From positions 213,838,001 to 213,902,000 of the forward strand of contig OX597814.1 of assembly GCA_951406725.2 (NCBI GenBank): a stretch of 64,000 bases of DNA, in the 5' to 3' direction. A model generated the notes under the pieces. It had not been told where the DNA came from and did not search any database. It saw nothing but the letters and a program-made list of their open reading frames with translations. Within the stretch, counting starts at the first letter, position 1, and the number at the start of each line of letters is the position of its first letter. A program made the translations under genes and the position numbers. This DNA comes from Octopus vulgaris. Taxonomy: Eukaryota. Shown here piece after piece: positions 27,330 to 41,400 of this stretch.

Positions 27330-27640
27330 TAGACAAAACTTTCCTCTCTACTCTCACCTTCCTCTTCAAGTGATACATGAAGAAGTTGATGAGAGATTGA
27401 CCAGAGAAGAAAGTGTTTGTCTCTAGACTTTTCAGACGCGTCCACCATACACATTCTTTCGCCATAGCCACGAGTACGATGAAAATTGCTCTTCCTTCCC
27501 GTTTCAAAGAAGGAGGCGCCACAATATTCACGATAGACTCGGTTGAGAAAACGACTTGTCCCACACGCGATAGCAATCGTTCAACATAGGCCCACATGTC
27601 GGAAATGGTTGGACACTGTACCAGTGAGTGCAGGGCGGTT
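27330..27640 (-). mobile_element. L1/Tx1-clade ORF2 C-terminal fragment
   Basis: TALHSLVQCP...W...AMAKECVWWTR matches the L1/Tx1 zinc-knuckle and C-terminal pattern (H....C; AK..IW..R). Confidence 0.7.
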
Positions 27641-27658
27641 AGATAGATAGATAGATAG

Positions 27659-27693
<35 letters not shown>

Positions 27694-27824
27694 TCTGTAT
27701 TCATACATACACACACATATCTATATACACTGATGCATTTCACTTAATCGCACAAGAAAATGCCTGCAGTAAGTTCATCCAATAATTTATCTACGTTCAC
27801 ATATACACACACATGCGCACACAG

Positions 27825-27869
<45 letters not shown>

Positions 27870-27943
27870 AGCGCGTGCGCTCAGATACATATCTATCTTT
27901 ATCACTTCCTTTCCCTCCCCATGTTCCTGTTTTTCTCTCTCTC

Positions 27944-27974
<31 letters not shown>

Positions 27975-28324
27975 TGCCTTCTCTCTACCTTTCCCTCTCT
28001 TTCTCTTTACGTAAGCATCTATATATTAAGACACACAACGACATTCAATCTACTCTTATCACTAACTGAATTACATGTATTCTTTATTATGTGCCGGATG
28101 TGATATAATCATCTTACAAGTAAGCAAGCTATTCTAGTACACACGAATAGATGTACTCAAGTAATTATCATGCCATGATTTCAATTTAATTTGGAATGTC
28201 ATTGAATTTTCCACTGAGCCATCATTCGAAACCTCAAATGTCTTTCTGGTGTATTTTCTACGGTGATAAACATTTTTGTCGTCTACTTCGAAATTTTGTT
28301 TTTAATTTTATTTCATTTTCTCTC

Positions 28325-28739
28325 TTTACTCTCTTTTACTCTTTTACTTGTTTCAGTCATTTGACTGCGGCCATGCTGGAGCACCGCCTTTAATCGAGCA
28401 ACTCGACTCCGGGACTTATTCTTTTTGTAAGCCCACTACTTATTCTATCGGTCCCTTTTTGCCGAACCGCTAAGTAACGGGGACATAAACACATCAGCAT
28501 CGGTTGTCAAGCAATGTTAGAGGGACAAACACAGACACACAAACACATACACACGCATATATATATACATATATACGACAGGCTTCTTTCAGTTTCCGTC
28601 TACCAAATCCACTCACAAGGCTTTGGTCGGCCCGAGGCTATAATAGAAGACACTTGCCGAAGGTGCCACGCAGTGGGACTGAAACCGGAACCATGTGGTT
28701 GGTAAACAAGCTACTTACCACACAGCCACTCCTGCGCCT
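28325..28739 (-). mobile_element. SINE family A, full length
   Basis: tRNA-like head (A box tggctgtgtggt, B box ggtt(t)cagtccc), CORE-like ccttgggcaagtg, internal TA/TG repeat, (GTAAAAGA)n tail. Confidence 0.9.
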
Positions 28740-28809
28740 ATTCTGTGTTTTTTTTTTTGTGTGTTTTTGTGTTTGGATAATGGGGTGAGGGGTAGGACTC
28801 CATGTATAT

Positions 28810-29325
28810 ATGACTGTGTGGTTAAGAAGCACGCTTCTAAAACATACGGTTTGAAGTTCAGTCCCAGAGCGTAGCATCATGGAAGTATTCTAGTACAGCA
28901 CCGGGCCGAATAATCCTTTCTACTGGAAACACACCGGTTTCAAATTTGGAGGAAACATCGACCCCAGTGCGTAACTGGTACTTATTTCACCGACTCCGAA
29001 AGGATGAAAGGCAAAGTCGACCTCGACGGAATTTTTTACTCAGAACGTAGTGACGGACTTTTCGCTCGGCATGCTAACGATTCTGCCAGCTCGCAAACTT
29101 ACCGGGTCAAATAATGCCTTTTAGGTGAATTTGGTAGACGAAAAATATGTGGAAACTCATTGTATATATGTGTGTGTGTGTTTGTGCGCATATATCATTG
29201 TATTTTTCTTATTTCTTTACTGCCCACAAGGGGCTAAACACAGAGGGGACAAACAAGGACAGACAAAGGGCTTAAGTCGATTACATCGACCCCAGTGCGT
29301 AACTGTTACTTAATTTCTCGACCTT
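28810..29325. mobile_element. Old SINE A remnant interrupted by SINE B fragments (28960-29095, 29207-29322, both -)
   Basis: Similarity to other copies in the window. Confidence 0.65.
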
Positions 29326-29453
29326 GAAATCAGCATGACGTGTATTTATGGTGAATGTATATTGTAATATGGTGATTGACGATTTAAAGTTTATTCTCAG
29401 CATATTGGCATAGAAATTTTTTTTCTTTTGCACTTGTTTATAAATTGTATATG

Positions 29454-29515
<62 letters not shown>

Positions 29516-29754
29516 CATACAGACAGACAGACAGAGAGACAGAGTGAGAGAGAGACAGAGCCAGAAACAGAGAGAGAGACAGAGAAAGAAAAAGAGAGAG
29601 ATACATATATTTATATAAAAATACACACATACATACATACATACATACATACATACATACATACATACATACATACATACATACATACATACATACATAC
29701 ATACATACATACATACATACATACATACATACATACATACATACATACATACGA

Positions 29755-31522
29755 ACAAATTTTAAGAAACATGATAGCGCAGGCCGAAGGAAAGAAAACA
29801 TAAGCCTAATGAGAAGGTGGCTTGATTGTGGGAAAGCCTTCGACATTATTCCTCCATTGATGGCTGTTGAAATCTCTGCACTTGGCAAAATTACCTACTT
29901 CCTTAGTTGATGTCGTCGAGGGATTCACAAAGGACTTGGCAATAATTCTCATTATTACAACTGAGGGCAGATCGATCGTCTCCAATGTTATAAATATTTT
30001 GAAGGGAATATTCCAAAGATATAGTATTTCAATACTTGTTTCTTTTATCATTAAATCCAACATAATATCTTTTACAAAATTCCAATGGCTACATGCTATA
30101 GTCTGCAAGAGATATCCGTGAATCCCCATAATTTTCTTAAAGATCAATGCTAAAAATGTTTACGATGCCGTTGGTAACATTTTCAGCTGACATAGGAATA
30201 GAATTTGTCCAAAAGAAGTCTGTGTATTTGATTGTTGAATGCAGGAAGTATTTTCCAAACCCAATACCTGTGTATCAAGGGCTTCTCTATCTCTGCTGTT
30301 CCACACAAAGGATTACTACAAACATTTAGGTTTGTTGAAAATATATCATACGAAGGTGCTGTGAATATAGATAGAGATCCGAGAATATTACACCAGGCTT
30401 AGAAAAGCATTGCAGTTTGTACTTTAATCTTGCAACAAGACCATATCCCACAATGCATTTGCAGTTCCCTTGCTAATGCCAACATGTGGGATACTCGACC
30501 GGTTTGTGGAAGAAATCGTCTCAACAAACAATTAAAACCCGCAAAATTCTAACATCAACCAGAAACTTCCATAGAAGCTGTGATGTCGATAGGCACTACA
30601 TAAGAGATGAAAGAGGTAAGGTTTTGAGATCAGTGCAGATAGTATCACTCAGGCAACACTGCTAAACAACAGCAGCAGAAATAAATATACAACCCTAATA
30701 CTGAAAATTGAAGAGTACAACATCCAACGAGTCGGCAGCAAACTCCTTATGAAGTATTTTCTTCCTTGGTGACCTTCCATACAACAGCAAAACAGTTAGA
30801 CTAATAGGAAGATCTGATTGTGAAACACTCATCGAACTAAAAAAAGGGCTTTGCACGGACGTATTTAACCAAGACTTGAAGGTGGCACTAATATCGACAA
30901 GAGGTGCAGACTTTCTTATGTCTAATGAACAAAAGAGAGAGGGAAGCCCATGTAACCGAAAATGCAACCGAAAATTTCGATTATGTCACATTTCTGTGCA
31001 AGACATCATACATGTGACCATCAGCTGCTCGAAATTGCCAACAAGGTATAACCACCCAATGAATATGATGTTCTTACCATCTGAAAAGAAAAAAAAGCAA
31101 TTGTCCTGAAATAAATATTGAGAACTCTGTTAAAATACTTGCATAAACATCAACAAGAAATATTGGTGAAACATTCCCATAAAAACTTCTTCCAATTCTA
31201 AACATAAATAACGGAATTTAATTGTTTACAACAGACAAGAAAATGTATGTACCGCCATAGAGGTCAGCTGCTCTGCTGATGTGAACATTGAAGAGAAACA
31301 AGATAACTGAAAAGTCGAGGACATTCAGAAAAAAAAAATCAGGCAGCCAACACATATATTACAAATGCGATCTGTAAGCAGAATATTAAATATTCCAAGG
31401 AGTTTCTCAAGCTCAATATGCGGCATTTAATTTATTATCTACATTCCATCGACGGAGTTTTGTAGCTGTTAGAAACCAGCTCCTTCCCACCAGGAAGACT
31501 TCAAATATTTGAAAATAGAAAA
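29755..31522 (+). mobile_element. Degenerate R4-clade RLE LINE (RT to endonuclease) flanked on both sides by (CATA)n
   Basis: WLDCGKAFD, NILKGIFQ, FSADIGIEF..KK, NFHRSCDVDR, FRLCH...IIHVTISC, W.NIPIKT, IEVSCSADVNI; many frameshifts. Confidence 0.75.
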
Positions 31523-31604
31523 CATACATACATACATACATACATACATACATACATACATACATACATACATACATTCATACATACATACATACATACA
31601 TACA

Positions 31605-31638
<34 letters not shown>

Positions 31639-31648
31639 CATTCATACA

Positions 31649-31682
<34 letters not shown>

Positions 31683-32009
31683 CATTCATACATACATACA
31701 TACATACATACATACATACATTCATACGTTCATACATACATACATACATACATACATACATACATACATACATACATTCATACGTTCATACATACATACA
31801 TACATACATACATACATACATACATACATACATACATACATGTTCGGTTCTGGAAATCAGCTGCCTCCCGGACACGAATGTTGTCAGAAAAATACAAGAG
31901 AAAAAAGAAGATACTTTCCTTAACAACCGTGTGTGTCAAAATTTACACTAAAATTAATAGGAGAAAGAGAACAAGAGGTAGGTAGGTAGCTAGCTAGCTA
32001 GATAGATAT

Positions 32010-32108
<99 letters not shown>
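31523..32108. repeat. (CATA)n and (GATA)n microsatellites
   Basis: Direct reading; a matching (CATA)n lies at 29627-29752. Confidence 0.95.
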
Positions 32109-32644
32109 TCATTAAAAATATAGTATTCTTCGTAGAACATAGCTGTGCATTTTGGTTAAGTATTTATGTACACTAGTGTACTTTCCTAGCTGGTTTATAG
32201 TATTGTAATTTTTGTGTTTTTAACATTTTTGATAATCATCTTTAGAAATCGCTTTGTTTCCAATTCATAGAAACCCTGAAAAGTTTTTTTGAATGAAGAT
32301 CTTGACAGATATAAAGTGTTTGGGTTATAAGTTTAATTTATAAATGTTCAGATTTAACATTTCTAAAAATATTGAAAAGACAGGGGCGTGAGTATTACTA
32401 TACTGAATTTTCTTCATTTTTCCTAAAGAAAAATGTAATTTATTCGATGAACAGTTGCAGACATCTGCGTGATCTTATAAACGAAATTAGCTTTATTTTA
32501 AGTTTAATCGTGTTCGATGACAGCAAAAATTTAGTACGAATATCGTGATAAATATACTAGACAATATTTTCTGAGCGCAGAAGCTATTTAGAAGATAATA
32601 ACACTATCTTTATACCTTTGTGACGGTATGTATAAATGGTGATA

Positions 32645-32878
32645 GGCGGCAAGCTGGCAGAACCGTTAGCACGCCGGCCGAAATGCGTAGCCGTATTTCG
32701 TCTGCCGTTACGTTCTGAGTTCAAATTCCGCCGGGGTCGACTTTGCCTTTCATCCTTTCGGGGGCGATTAAATAAGTACCAGTTACGCACTGGGGTCGAT
32801 ATAATCGACTTAATCAGTTTGTCTGTCCTTGTTTGTCCTCTCTGTGTTTAGCCCCTTGTGGGTAGTAAAGAAATAGGT
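32645..32878 (+). mobile_element. SINE family B, full length
   Basis: Matches 6021-6254. Confidence 0.9.
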
Positions 32879-35357
32879 ATGTATAAATGTGTAAGTTTGT
32901 CTGCTTGTCTCTCTGTCGGTCTCATTCTCCATAACATTCGAAGCTTGTCGAACACTATAACACAAAAATTCTTTCTGTTCTTTCAACTTCATTTGAACCT
33001 CGATATATGTCCGACATCAGCCGGTTTCTATTTCTATAACCGATTTCTGCTTTAACTCTGATTTTATCAAATGTGTGTATATCTTGCCAACTTTTGTTTT
33101 TATTACCAATTTCTGTTTTGACTTTGGTTTTTATTAAATGTTCGTATATTTTGACTCATCTTGGTCGTCATCAACGTGAGTGATAGAGCCTTCCAAATAA
33201 TGCTCGACTGTGCTTTACACACTCCGCCTAAAATTGAATAACTGAGCTAGAAATTTCACACAATAAAAATGCATTGTTAAAGCAGTTTCAGTTATTTTCG
33301 TGCTGTCATTTTATGTTCATTTCCATTCTCAATCTATTGATTTTATTACCGAGTCTACCTCCTTCAAGCACAAACTGACATTAAAATCACCAAGTATTCA
33401 TTTATCTATATTATTTTCTAAACATAATTTCAAAATCACCTGCCAATTTTGCTCTTTTCCATGACTAGAGCTAACTGAAACATCTAGAAGGAATTTGACA
33501 ACTTATTCTTCAACACAATAATTATTACAAAATCTAATCAACTCAAGGAACTAAAGCCACATCACTGCAGACTCTTATCTATTGCTAATTTTGTTGCTTT
33601 ACTAGTTCCCTAATTAAGTTAAGTACATTACTAAAATCATTAAACTCTCGATAACACAGACGCCTCAACCTTTGACGAACTTTGCTAACACCCTATGTAA
33701 AACTTGAATGAAGAAACTGGTGATTTCCTCCAATGACCATAAGTTTGTGCAAGACTGCTATAGACTATGTTAATTACTTAGTTGGCAGCTGTTACTCATG
33801 CTACTTAATAAATGATAAAATATTATTGTTGTATTTTTCGTTACAGCAATTTCAAGATCACTGTTTAGAAATTTGGAATAAAATATTAACACTAAAGCAT
33901 ATTTAACATAAATATTAGCAATGTTGCGAAGAAAAGTACTCTTAAACCATTGCCTTAAATATACTTAATTTAAATATTGTAATATTAAATGGAAACCATA
34001 TACTTAGGTGAATATCTACATAAATGCTTTACTGACAATTTACTCTATTAAGTTTCAGTATCACAGGTACCTTAGGGAAGTAGCATACTAATAAGATTAA
34101 AGGGAAGTACAGAGACGAACAAATTTCTAAGATTTCCAAAAACCTATTTATTTCATGTGTATTCCCAAACCATGCATTATTTCAGGTCACATAGAATGAC
34201 TTACATTTAAAAGCTTAATTGGATCCCTTATATTATCAAATCTGTCAGTAACAATTTGATATATCATTCTACTTACTTTCTCTTCCAGAACCTCTAGGCT
34301 AACATATTCAAATATAATTCAGCCCTTAACACTCTGAATGCTTTGAAATTAATCTGCAACACTAAACAATTATAGCCTATTTTGATAGACTATTAGCGTA
34401 CTTAAAATGCAAATATTTTCCATAAAACAGGATTAATATCTTTCCCTAATCCAATTACAGCCGTGAGTTCTGAAAATATCTCTGTCACACGAATCTCCAT
34501 TAATGTAGACAAATAGAAGAACGTTTTCTCAAAATCCAACACATTTTCTTTGATATTTTTGTGTAGTTTCAACTTTTCATCTCCAAAAGTATATATATAT
34601 ATATATATAAAAAATGTGTTAGCTTTTTATCAACTGCACCATTTTCTTAAGTACTTTTCTGTTATATCATCCTTGGTTCAACTGGAGATATTGCCAGGGA
34701 ATAAAATTCACATAAACCCATATCAAGATTAGCAGTTAACTATCAGTCAATTGTGCAATAACCCGCACGTCTTCAAGCACCCACTTTAAAAATTGTAACA
34801 ATTTTAGTAATTGGATTTCCTTGCCCGCTTACAAAGAAGCTTTGTGCTTCATGATGCTAATGATCGCATCTTTACCTGATACAACAAGTCTATCCTGACG
34901 GCCATATGAAATTTATCAGGACTGAAATTAACTACAATTTTAATACTTACCAAGCCATTTCAACAATAGTATTCTGAGAATTCTTTATTGAAGTACGGGG
35001 GGGATGGGGGATGTCTAACCTGTCACGATATGAATTACAATAAGAAAAAATAAGTCCATCTGAATTGCTGGCGCCAAATAATAATAATAATATCTAGCTG
35101 GATCCTTGTTTATTCCACGAAGTGGGTAACCTCTACACCATTCTTATTATATTTTATGTTTAAAAAATAATTTCCGCTGCTACGAAAAAGTATTATTTCA
35201 TGTGAAATGCTACGATACTTTCTGGTGTGTACATTAGTGTTAGAAAATACTTGATGTATTTTTGGTGAAGAATTGTTCCTAATGTAGTCTAACTGTAGCT
35301 ACATCAATTTCTGTTCGAACATCATTAAATAAGAAGGCAATAATTTAATACCATATA

Positions 35358-35584
35358 CTCTCTTTACTCTCTCTTTTACTTGTTTCAGTCATTTTCACTG
35401 CGGCCATGCTGGAGCACCGCCTTTAGTCGAGCAAATCGACCCTCGGGACTTATTCTTTGTAAGTCCAGTACTTATTCTATCGGTTTCTTTTGCCGAACCG
35501 CTAATGACGGGGACGTAAACACACCAGTATCGGTTGTCAAGCAATGCTAGGGGGACAAACACACACACACAAACACACACACAT

Positions 35585-35644
<60 letters not shown>

Positions 35645-35781
35645 GACAGGCTTCTTTTAAGTTTCCGTCGACCAAATCCACTCACAAGGCATTGGTCGGC
35701 CCGAGGCTATAGCAGAAGACACTTGCCCAAGATGCCACGCAGTGAGACTGAACCCAGAACCATGTGGTTGGTTAGCAAGCT
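35358..35781 (-). mobile_element. SINE family A, full length (diverged partial copy follows at 35815-36005)
   Basis: Matches the family consensus. Confidence 0.9.
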
Positions 35782-36589
35782 ACTTACCACACAGCCACTC
35801 CACTAATATTTTTTATTTGTTTCAGTCATTAAACAGCAGTCATACAGGTCATCGTATTGAAAAATTTTTAACCAAATGAATCGACTCCAGTACTTAATCG
35901 TTTTTAAGCCTGGTACTTATTCCAAAGGTGTCTTTTGTCGAACCGCAACGTTACGTGGACATAAACACTAATATCGGTTGTTAATCAGTGGGTGCGGAAG
36001 ACAAAAACACACACACACACGCACGCACACACACACACACATGCACGCACGCACACACACACACACGCACACACACACACACATACATATATATATATGC
36101 GAGTGAGTAAACAAACGACAGAAGGGCACTCAACACATTTATTGGGAGTTACATATTTGGATCAAAACAGTTTGATTCAAACTCTTTGGTACTCTGAGTT
36201 TCAAGCATGTCGCTAGTCTTCTGTCATCGGAGTGTAAATGGAAGTTCGACTGAAGAGAGTCAAAGTTACTACTGGGCGTTAGTCTGCGATTTGGTCGAGA
36301 GAGGTCACACTGTATCACAGTATGACGTTGGTATTTTAGCGACAACAATTACTTGGAAACTACCGCGTGGTGAATAGGAAATCGACCACAGGAAATCGGT
36401 TGCGTGGTTGGGGGAAGTAGCATGGGAAGGTAGATATGGGAGTATATATTTATACATACGTACATGTATATGACCATATATCTGCGTGTATGTGTGCATA
36501 GATGTACATTCATGCATCCCTGCGCGCGCGTGCACACATACACACACATACGGACATGTGCGCACACACACATATATATATATACATAT

Positions 36590-36643
<54 letters not shown>

Positions 36644-36654
36644 CTGTGTGTGTC

Positions 36655-37024
36655 TGCGTGCGTGTGTTTCTTTGTGTTTGTGTTTTCCCCCACCACCGCT
36701 TGACAAACAATGTTGGTGTGTTTACGTCCCCATAACTTAGCGGTCCAGCAAAAGAGAACGATAGAATAAGTACCAGTCTTAAGAAATAAAATCAATGATA
36801 ATATTAAACACTGGGGTTCATTCTTTCCACTGAAATTCTTCAGGGCGATGCCCTGTCATGGCCGCAGTATAAAAACTAAAACAGGAGTGGCTGTGTGGTA
36901 ACCACATGGTTCCGGGTTCTGTCCCACTGCGTGGCACCTTGGGCAAGTGTCTTCTACTATAGCCTCGGGCCGACCAATGCCTTGTGAGTGGATTTGGTAG
37001 ACGGAAACTGAAAGAAGCCTGTCG

Positions 37025-37055
<31 letters not shown>

Positions 37056-37269
37056 ATGTGTGTGTGTGTTTGTCCCCCTAGCATTGCTTGACAACCGATG
37101 CTGGTGTGTTTATGTCCCCGTTACTTAGCGGTCCGGCAAAAAAAAACGATAGAATAAGTACTGGGCTTACAAAAAGAATAAGTCCCGGGGTCGATTTGCT
37201 CGATTAAAGGCGGTGCTCCAGCATGGCCGCAGTCAAATGACTGAAACAAGTAAAAGAGTAAAAGAGAGA
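36655..37269 (+). mobile_element. Two adjacent SINE family A copies (old 3' half + near-full copy from 36882)
   Basis: Matches the family consensus. Confidence 0.85.
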
Positions 37270-37361
37270 GTAACTAGTTTCTATATTTGCTGCCCATCTT
37301 GTATTTCCCACATTGAAAATTATGTCCTTGTGCTTACTTTAGAAATAATTATTATTTTCAG

Positions 37362-37460
37362 GTGGTAACTTCTGCGAAAGTACATTTGATGGATACCTTT
37401 GCTGGAACCCTACAAAGGCAGGAGAACGTGTTTCCCAGCCATGTCCTCTCAACCACGCAG
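37362..37460 (+). CDS. Internal exon of a secretin-family (class B1) GPCR, extracellular hormone-binding domain
   Basis: ttattttcAG acceptor, CAG|GTaaaa donor, 99 bp, phase 1-1. Translates (G)GNFCESTFDGYLCWNPTKAGERVSQPCPLNHA, matching the canonical C...(W/F)DG..CW..T..G.....CP motif. Confidence 0.9.
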
Positions 37461-38092
37461 GTAAAAACGATTATTGTTTTTTCATCTCTATTTTTGTCAA
37501 ACTATTTTTAGCTCCATAACGATTGTTTTAATACAATGAAATGCATGAAAATGTCAAGGATGTAATTTATATCTTAACACAACTTCAGTAATACCGGAAA
37601 TAACAGAGAGGTACAAATAGAATTTCTTCACTGAATGACAGTGTCTGTAAAAAGTCAGTTCCTCTCTTGTCTGATAAATTATCAATGTTTGTAATTGTGT
37701 GAAGGATGGTATTCATAATTAGCCCTTTCATAATTAACATAGCATTAACATATTTAATGCAAGCAACATTATAATAACACGGTAAAGAGAGTAAACATTG
37801 GTTATTATTAGATATTTTCATTTTACGACAACTACTGGAAACAACTCCGAACATGTTTTGGCTTCATTATGAATTTCACCAATCGCACTTACCAAAGTCA
37901 TGATAGGAGGATCCCTTAAGGAATGTACTAGACTGTTTGGTAGAATGTTTATACACTAAACACTAAATAATTCTGATGCGCTTTCTGCTTGAAAAACAAT
38001 ATTAGCCAATGACAAATATGTTCATTGAAACTTCAGTTCTCTCCCCTTTCAACCTAAATAACCTTACACTTTGTTGTGCCTATAAATATATA

Positions 38093-38480
38093 TATTTCTT
38101 TATTGCCCACAAGGGGTTAAACGTAGAGGGGACAAACAAGGACAGACAAACGGATTAAGTCGAAATTCCGCCGAGGTCGACTTTGCTTTTCATCCTTTCG
38201 GGATCGATTAAATAAGTACCAGTTACGCACTGGGGTCGATATAATCGACTTAATCCGTTTGTCTGTCCTTATTTGTCCTCTCTGTGTTTATCCCCTTGTG
38301 GGTAGTAAAGAAATAGGTATTTCGTCTGCCGTTACGTTCTGAGTTCAAATTCCACCCAGGTCGACTTTGCCTTTCATCCTTTTGGGGTCGATTAAATAAG
38401 TACCAGTTGAGTACTGGGGTCGACGTAATCGACTACCCCACTACCCAATATTTAAGGCCTTGTGCCTATAGTAGCAAGGA
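38093..38480. mobile_element. Compound SINE family B structure (inverted tail + two tandem partial copies)
   Basis: 38093-38163 is the reverse complement of 38245-38315; a second unit starts at ggtatttcgtc 38316. Confidence 0.85.
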
Positions 38481-38489
38481 TTGTTGTTG

Positions 38490-41400
38490 TTCAGTAGTCT
38501 TATTTTTATCACGTGCTTTCACTGCATTACCAAGCTCAGCTCTGTGTGCCTTGGGTATCTGTTGTGGTTTGTCGTTGCGCTCTTATTTTCACTGTATTGA
38601 AAATGCTTTACGTTGGATGTGCGCGATGCCTAATAGTGTTATTTTCTGTATGTTATATACATTCGTAAGACCAGGTGTTTTTTGTTATGTATTTGTCTGA
38701 ATGTTTTTTAATCATACCTAATGCACCTATTATAATAGGAATTGTTTGTTTTTATGATTCATATTCGAGTTGCCTCTATTGCCAGATCTTTGTATTTTGA
38801 AAGTTTCTCTGTTTCTTTTAGAAAAACATTGTCATCTGTTGGTATTGATACATCGATTAGAAAGCATTTTTTTCCTTTATGATCTCTGATAATTATATTC
38901 GGTCTATCTACCTTGATTTCTCAATCTGTGTATATTGGCATATCCCAGAATATGGTTGCTTTGTCATTTTCTGAGACCCTTTCTGGAGTGTGCCGATACA
39001 ATCTATTTTCTGTTGTCATTCCATAGTGTTGCCATAGCTTCCAATGTATGTTGCTCCCAACTCTGTCATGTCTATAAATATATTCCTTCTTGGCCAGGAC
39101 TGGGCAGCCAGTGACAATATTGTTTATTGTTTCTTCTCCATCACCACATATTCTACAGTTACTTGTATTTGTTGTTTTTTTCCATTATGTGTTTTTGGAG
39201 ATCTCTGGCGGGGATACTTTGATCTTAAAAATCCAGAATCTGCCTTGGGTCCTGAACTTCTCAGCCACTGTTGGGATTTTATTTTGCCTATTTCTTTTCT
39301 GTTTTCCCAATATTTAGTGCGTAAGGGCTTTCCTTACCATCGTTTTATCTTGATACTTTGTTGTTCCAGTTTTAGTCTGCATTTCAGCTTTTTTTTTGCA
39401 GCTTTTGTTATTTCTTTTTTTCTCTTCGTAGTTGTCAGGTATTATGACTTCTTTCTTGTATTTTTCAGCTTACTAAAAGACAAAAAAACAGTTTCCTTCG
39501 TTTTTCTCGTGTTTTGAGGCTATTTGTACCTGTTTTCGTTGCTTCTGAATTAGATATTTCTGTAATCCTATGGTGGATATTTTATAATAATTTTCTATCT
39601 GTAAAAGGCCTCTACCACCTTCAATTCGTTGTATATAAAACCTTTCTATGTCAGATCTTGAGTGGTGCATCCTACATTTTGTCATTATTTTTCTTGCTTT
39701 CCTGTTTAATTTGGTTAGTTCATTTAGAGCCCAATTAAGGATAGTGTAGCTACAATTTATAACTGGGACGGCTAGAGTGTTGATACCTATTATCTTGTTT
39801 TCGCATTGAGCTCTGTTATAAGTATTAATCTAACTCACCTATAATATTCCTTATCTTCTCTTTCATTTGTGTGTGTTGTATCGTATCTAACTCATTGATT
39901 CCTAAGTATTTGTATGTCTGGCTTTGATCTAACTCTCTTATTTGATTCGCTTTATGTAATGTGATATTGTTACTCTTAACTAGTTTTCCATTTTTCAAAG
40001 TTGCTTTGGCACCTTTTTCCAAGCCGAATTTTTATTTCTTTGGTATATCCATGCTCTGTCTATAGTAACGTTTCCAGCTGTTTGCAGCATACAGTTTTAG
40101 ATCATCCATATGGTTAATTGTTTTTAGCGTAGCAGTTGTATCCACATCCAGTTCTGTTTAGCATGTCAGATAAAGGTGTCAAGAGAGCGTGTTTCCCTGG
40201 AATATCACTCTTCTAATGGCTTTAGTTTTTTATGAATCCCTCTTGTCTGGAGCTGTAACGCTGTTTGCCATTTATTCATAAAATGTTTTTTTTTATATTT
40301 GCCATTTATTCATAATTTTTTTTTTTTTTTTTGTATTTTATGATTATTGATGCTACCTTGTTTATGGCTAGTGCTACCAATATCCATGTGTGGAGAATAC
40401 TGTCAAAAGTCTTTTGATAATTGATCCAAGCCATGCTTAGTCCCTTCTTTTTCTTTCGGCTGTCTTCAGTTATGAATCAATAAATGATCTTTACAGCCAT
40501 ATGAGGCCTTGCAGCACCTCTTCTGCTCTTCTGGAAACAAGTTGTTTCCTTCCAGATGTTTGCCCATTCTCTGCGATATTATTGAAATGAAGGCTTTCTA
40601 AATTGTTGGAAGACAAATTATCGGTCTGTAGTTTTGTGGGTTTGCGTTTCAGTGGACTTAGGAATTAGGATAGTTTTCCCTTCTGTGAGCCATTCAGGCG
40701 TTGTCTCTGACTCTACTAGTATCTCGTTGCATTTCAAGGCCATCCTTTTATGTACGCGTGTTAGATATTTTAACCAGAAATTGGGGATCTTGTCATACCC
40801 GGGTGCCTTCCAGTTGCTTAGTTTTTTTCAGTGCCTGAGTGACTCCTTCCGCTGTTATAGAAGTCCAGAGTTGTTCAGGTGCTGTGTTTGTTATGTTGAT
40901 AGATCTTTTCTGAGGTTGTTCCTTCGCTGCCCATATCTCTTTCCAGAATTCTTCCACTTCTTCTGCTGTTGGTGCTGCATTGATCTCTATTTTACTTTTG
41001 CCAAATTCTTGAAAGAATCTTTTTCGATTGGTGTTGAACTGTTTGCTTTGTTCAAAGAATCGTTGGCGTTTCTCATACCGGTGGATTCTTTATGCTTTGG
41101 CGAGGATATCTTGCTTTAGCTGTTCTTTTACCTCTGGTATACCTTGTACTGTAATTTTGTATTTCCATAGTATTTTTCTTCTCTTCTTGTTACTTAGTAG
41201 TGCTGTTTGCCTACTAATTTCGCTAAGGGTTGACAGATCCTTACTTTTATTTTCTATATTTTTCTCGATACTATTTTTCCTCAGAGTTTGTTTCGATTGT
41301 GATACTCCTGTTTGGATGGGTTTGAGGGAGTATCTAGCTTCTGTTTTTAGCCACAGAAACTGTTCAATATATTATATCATTTAACCCGGTCATATTGACA

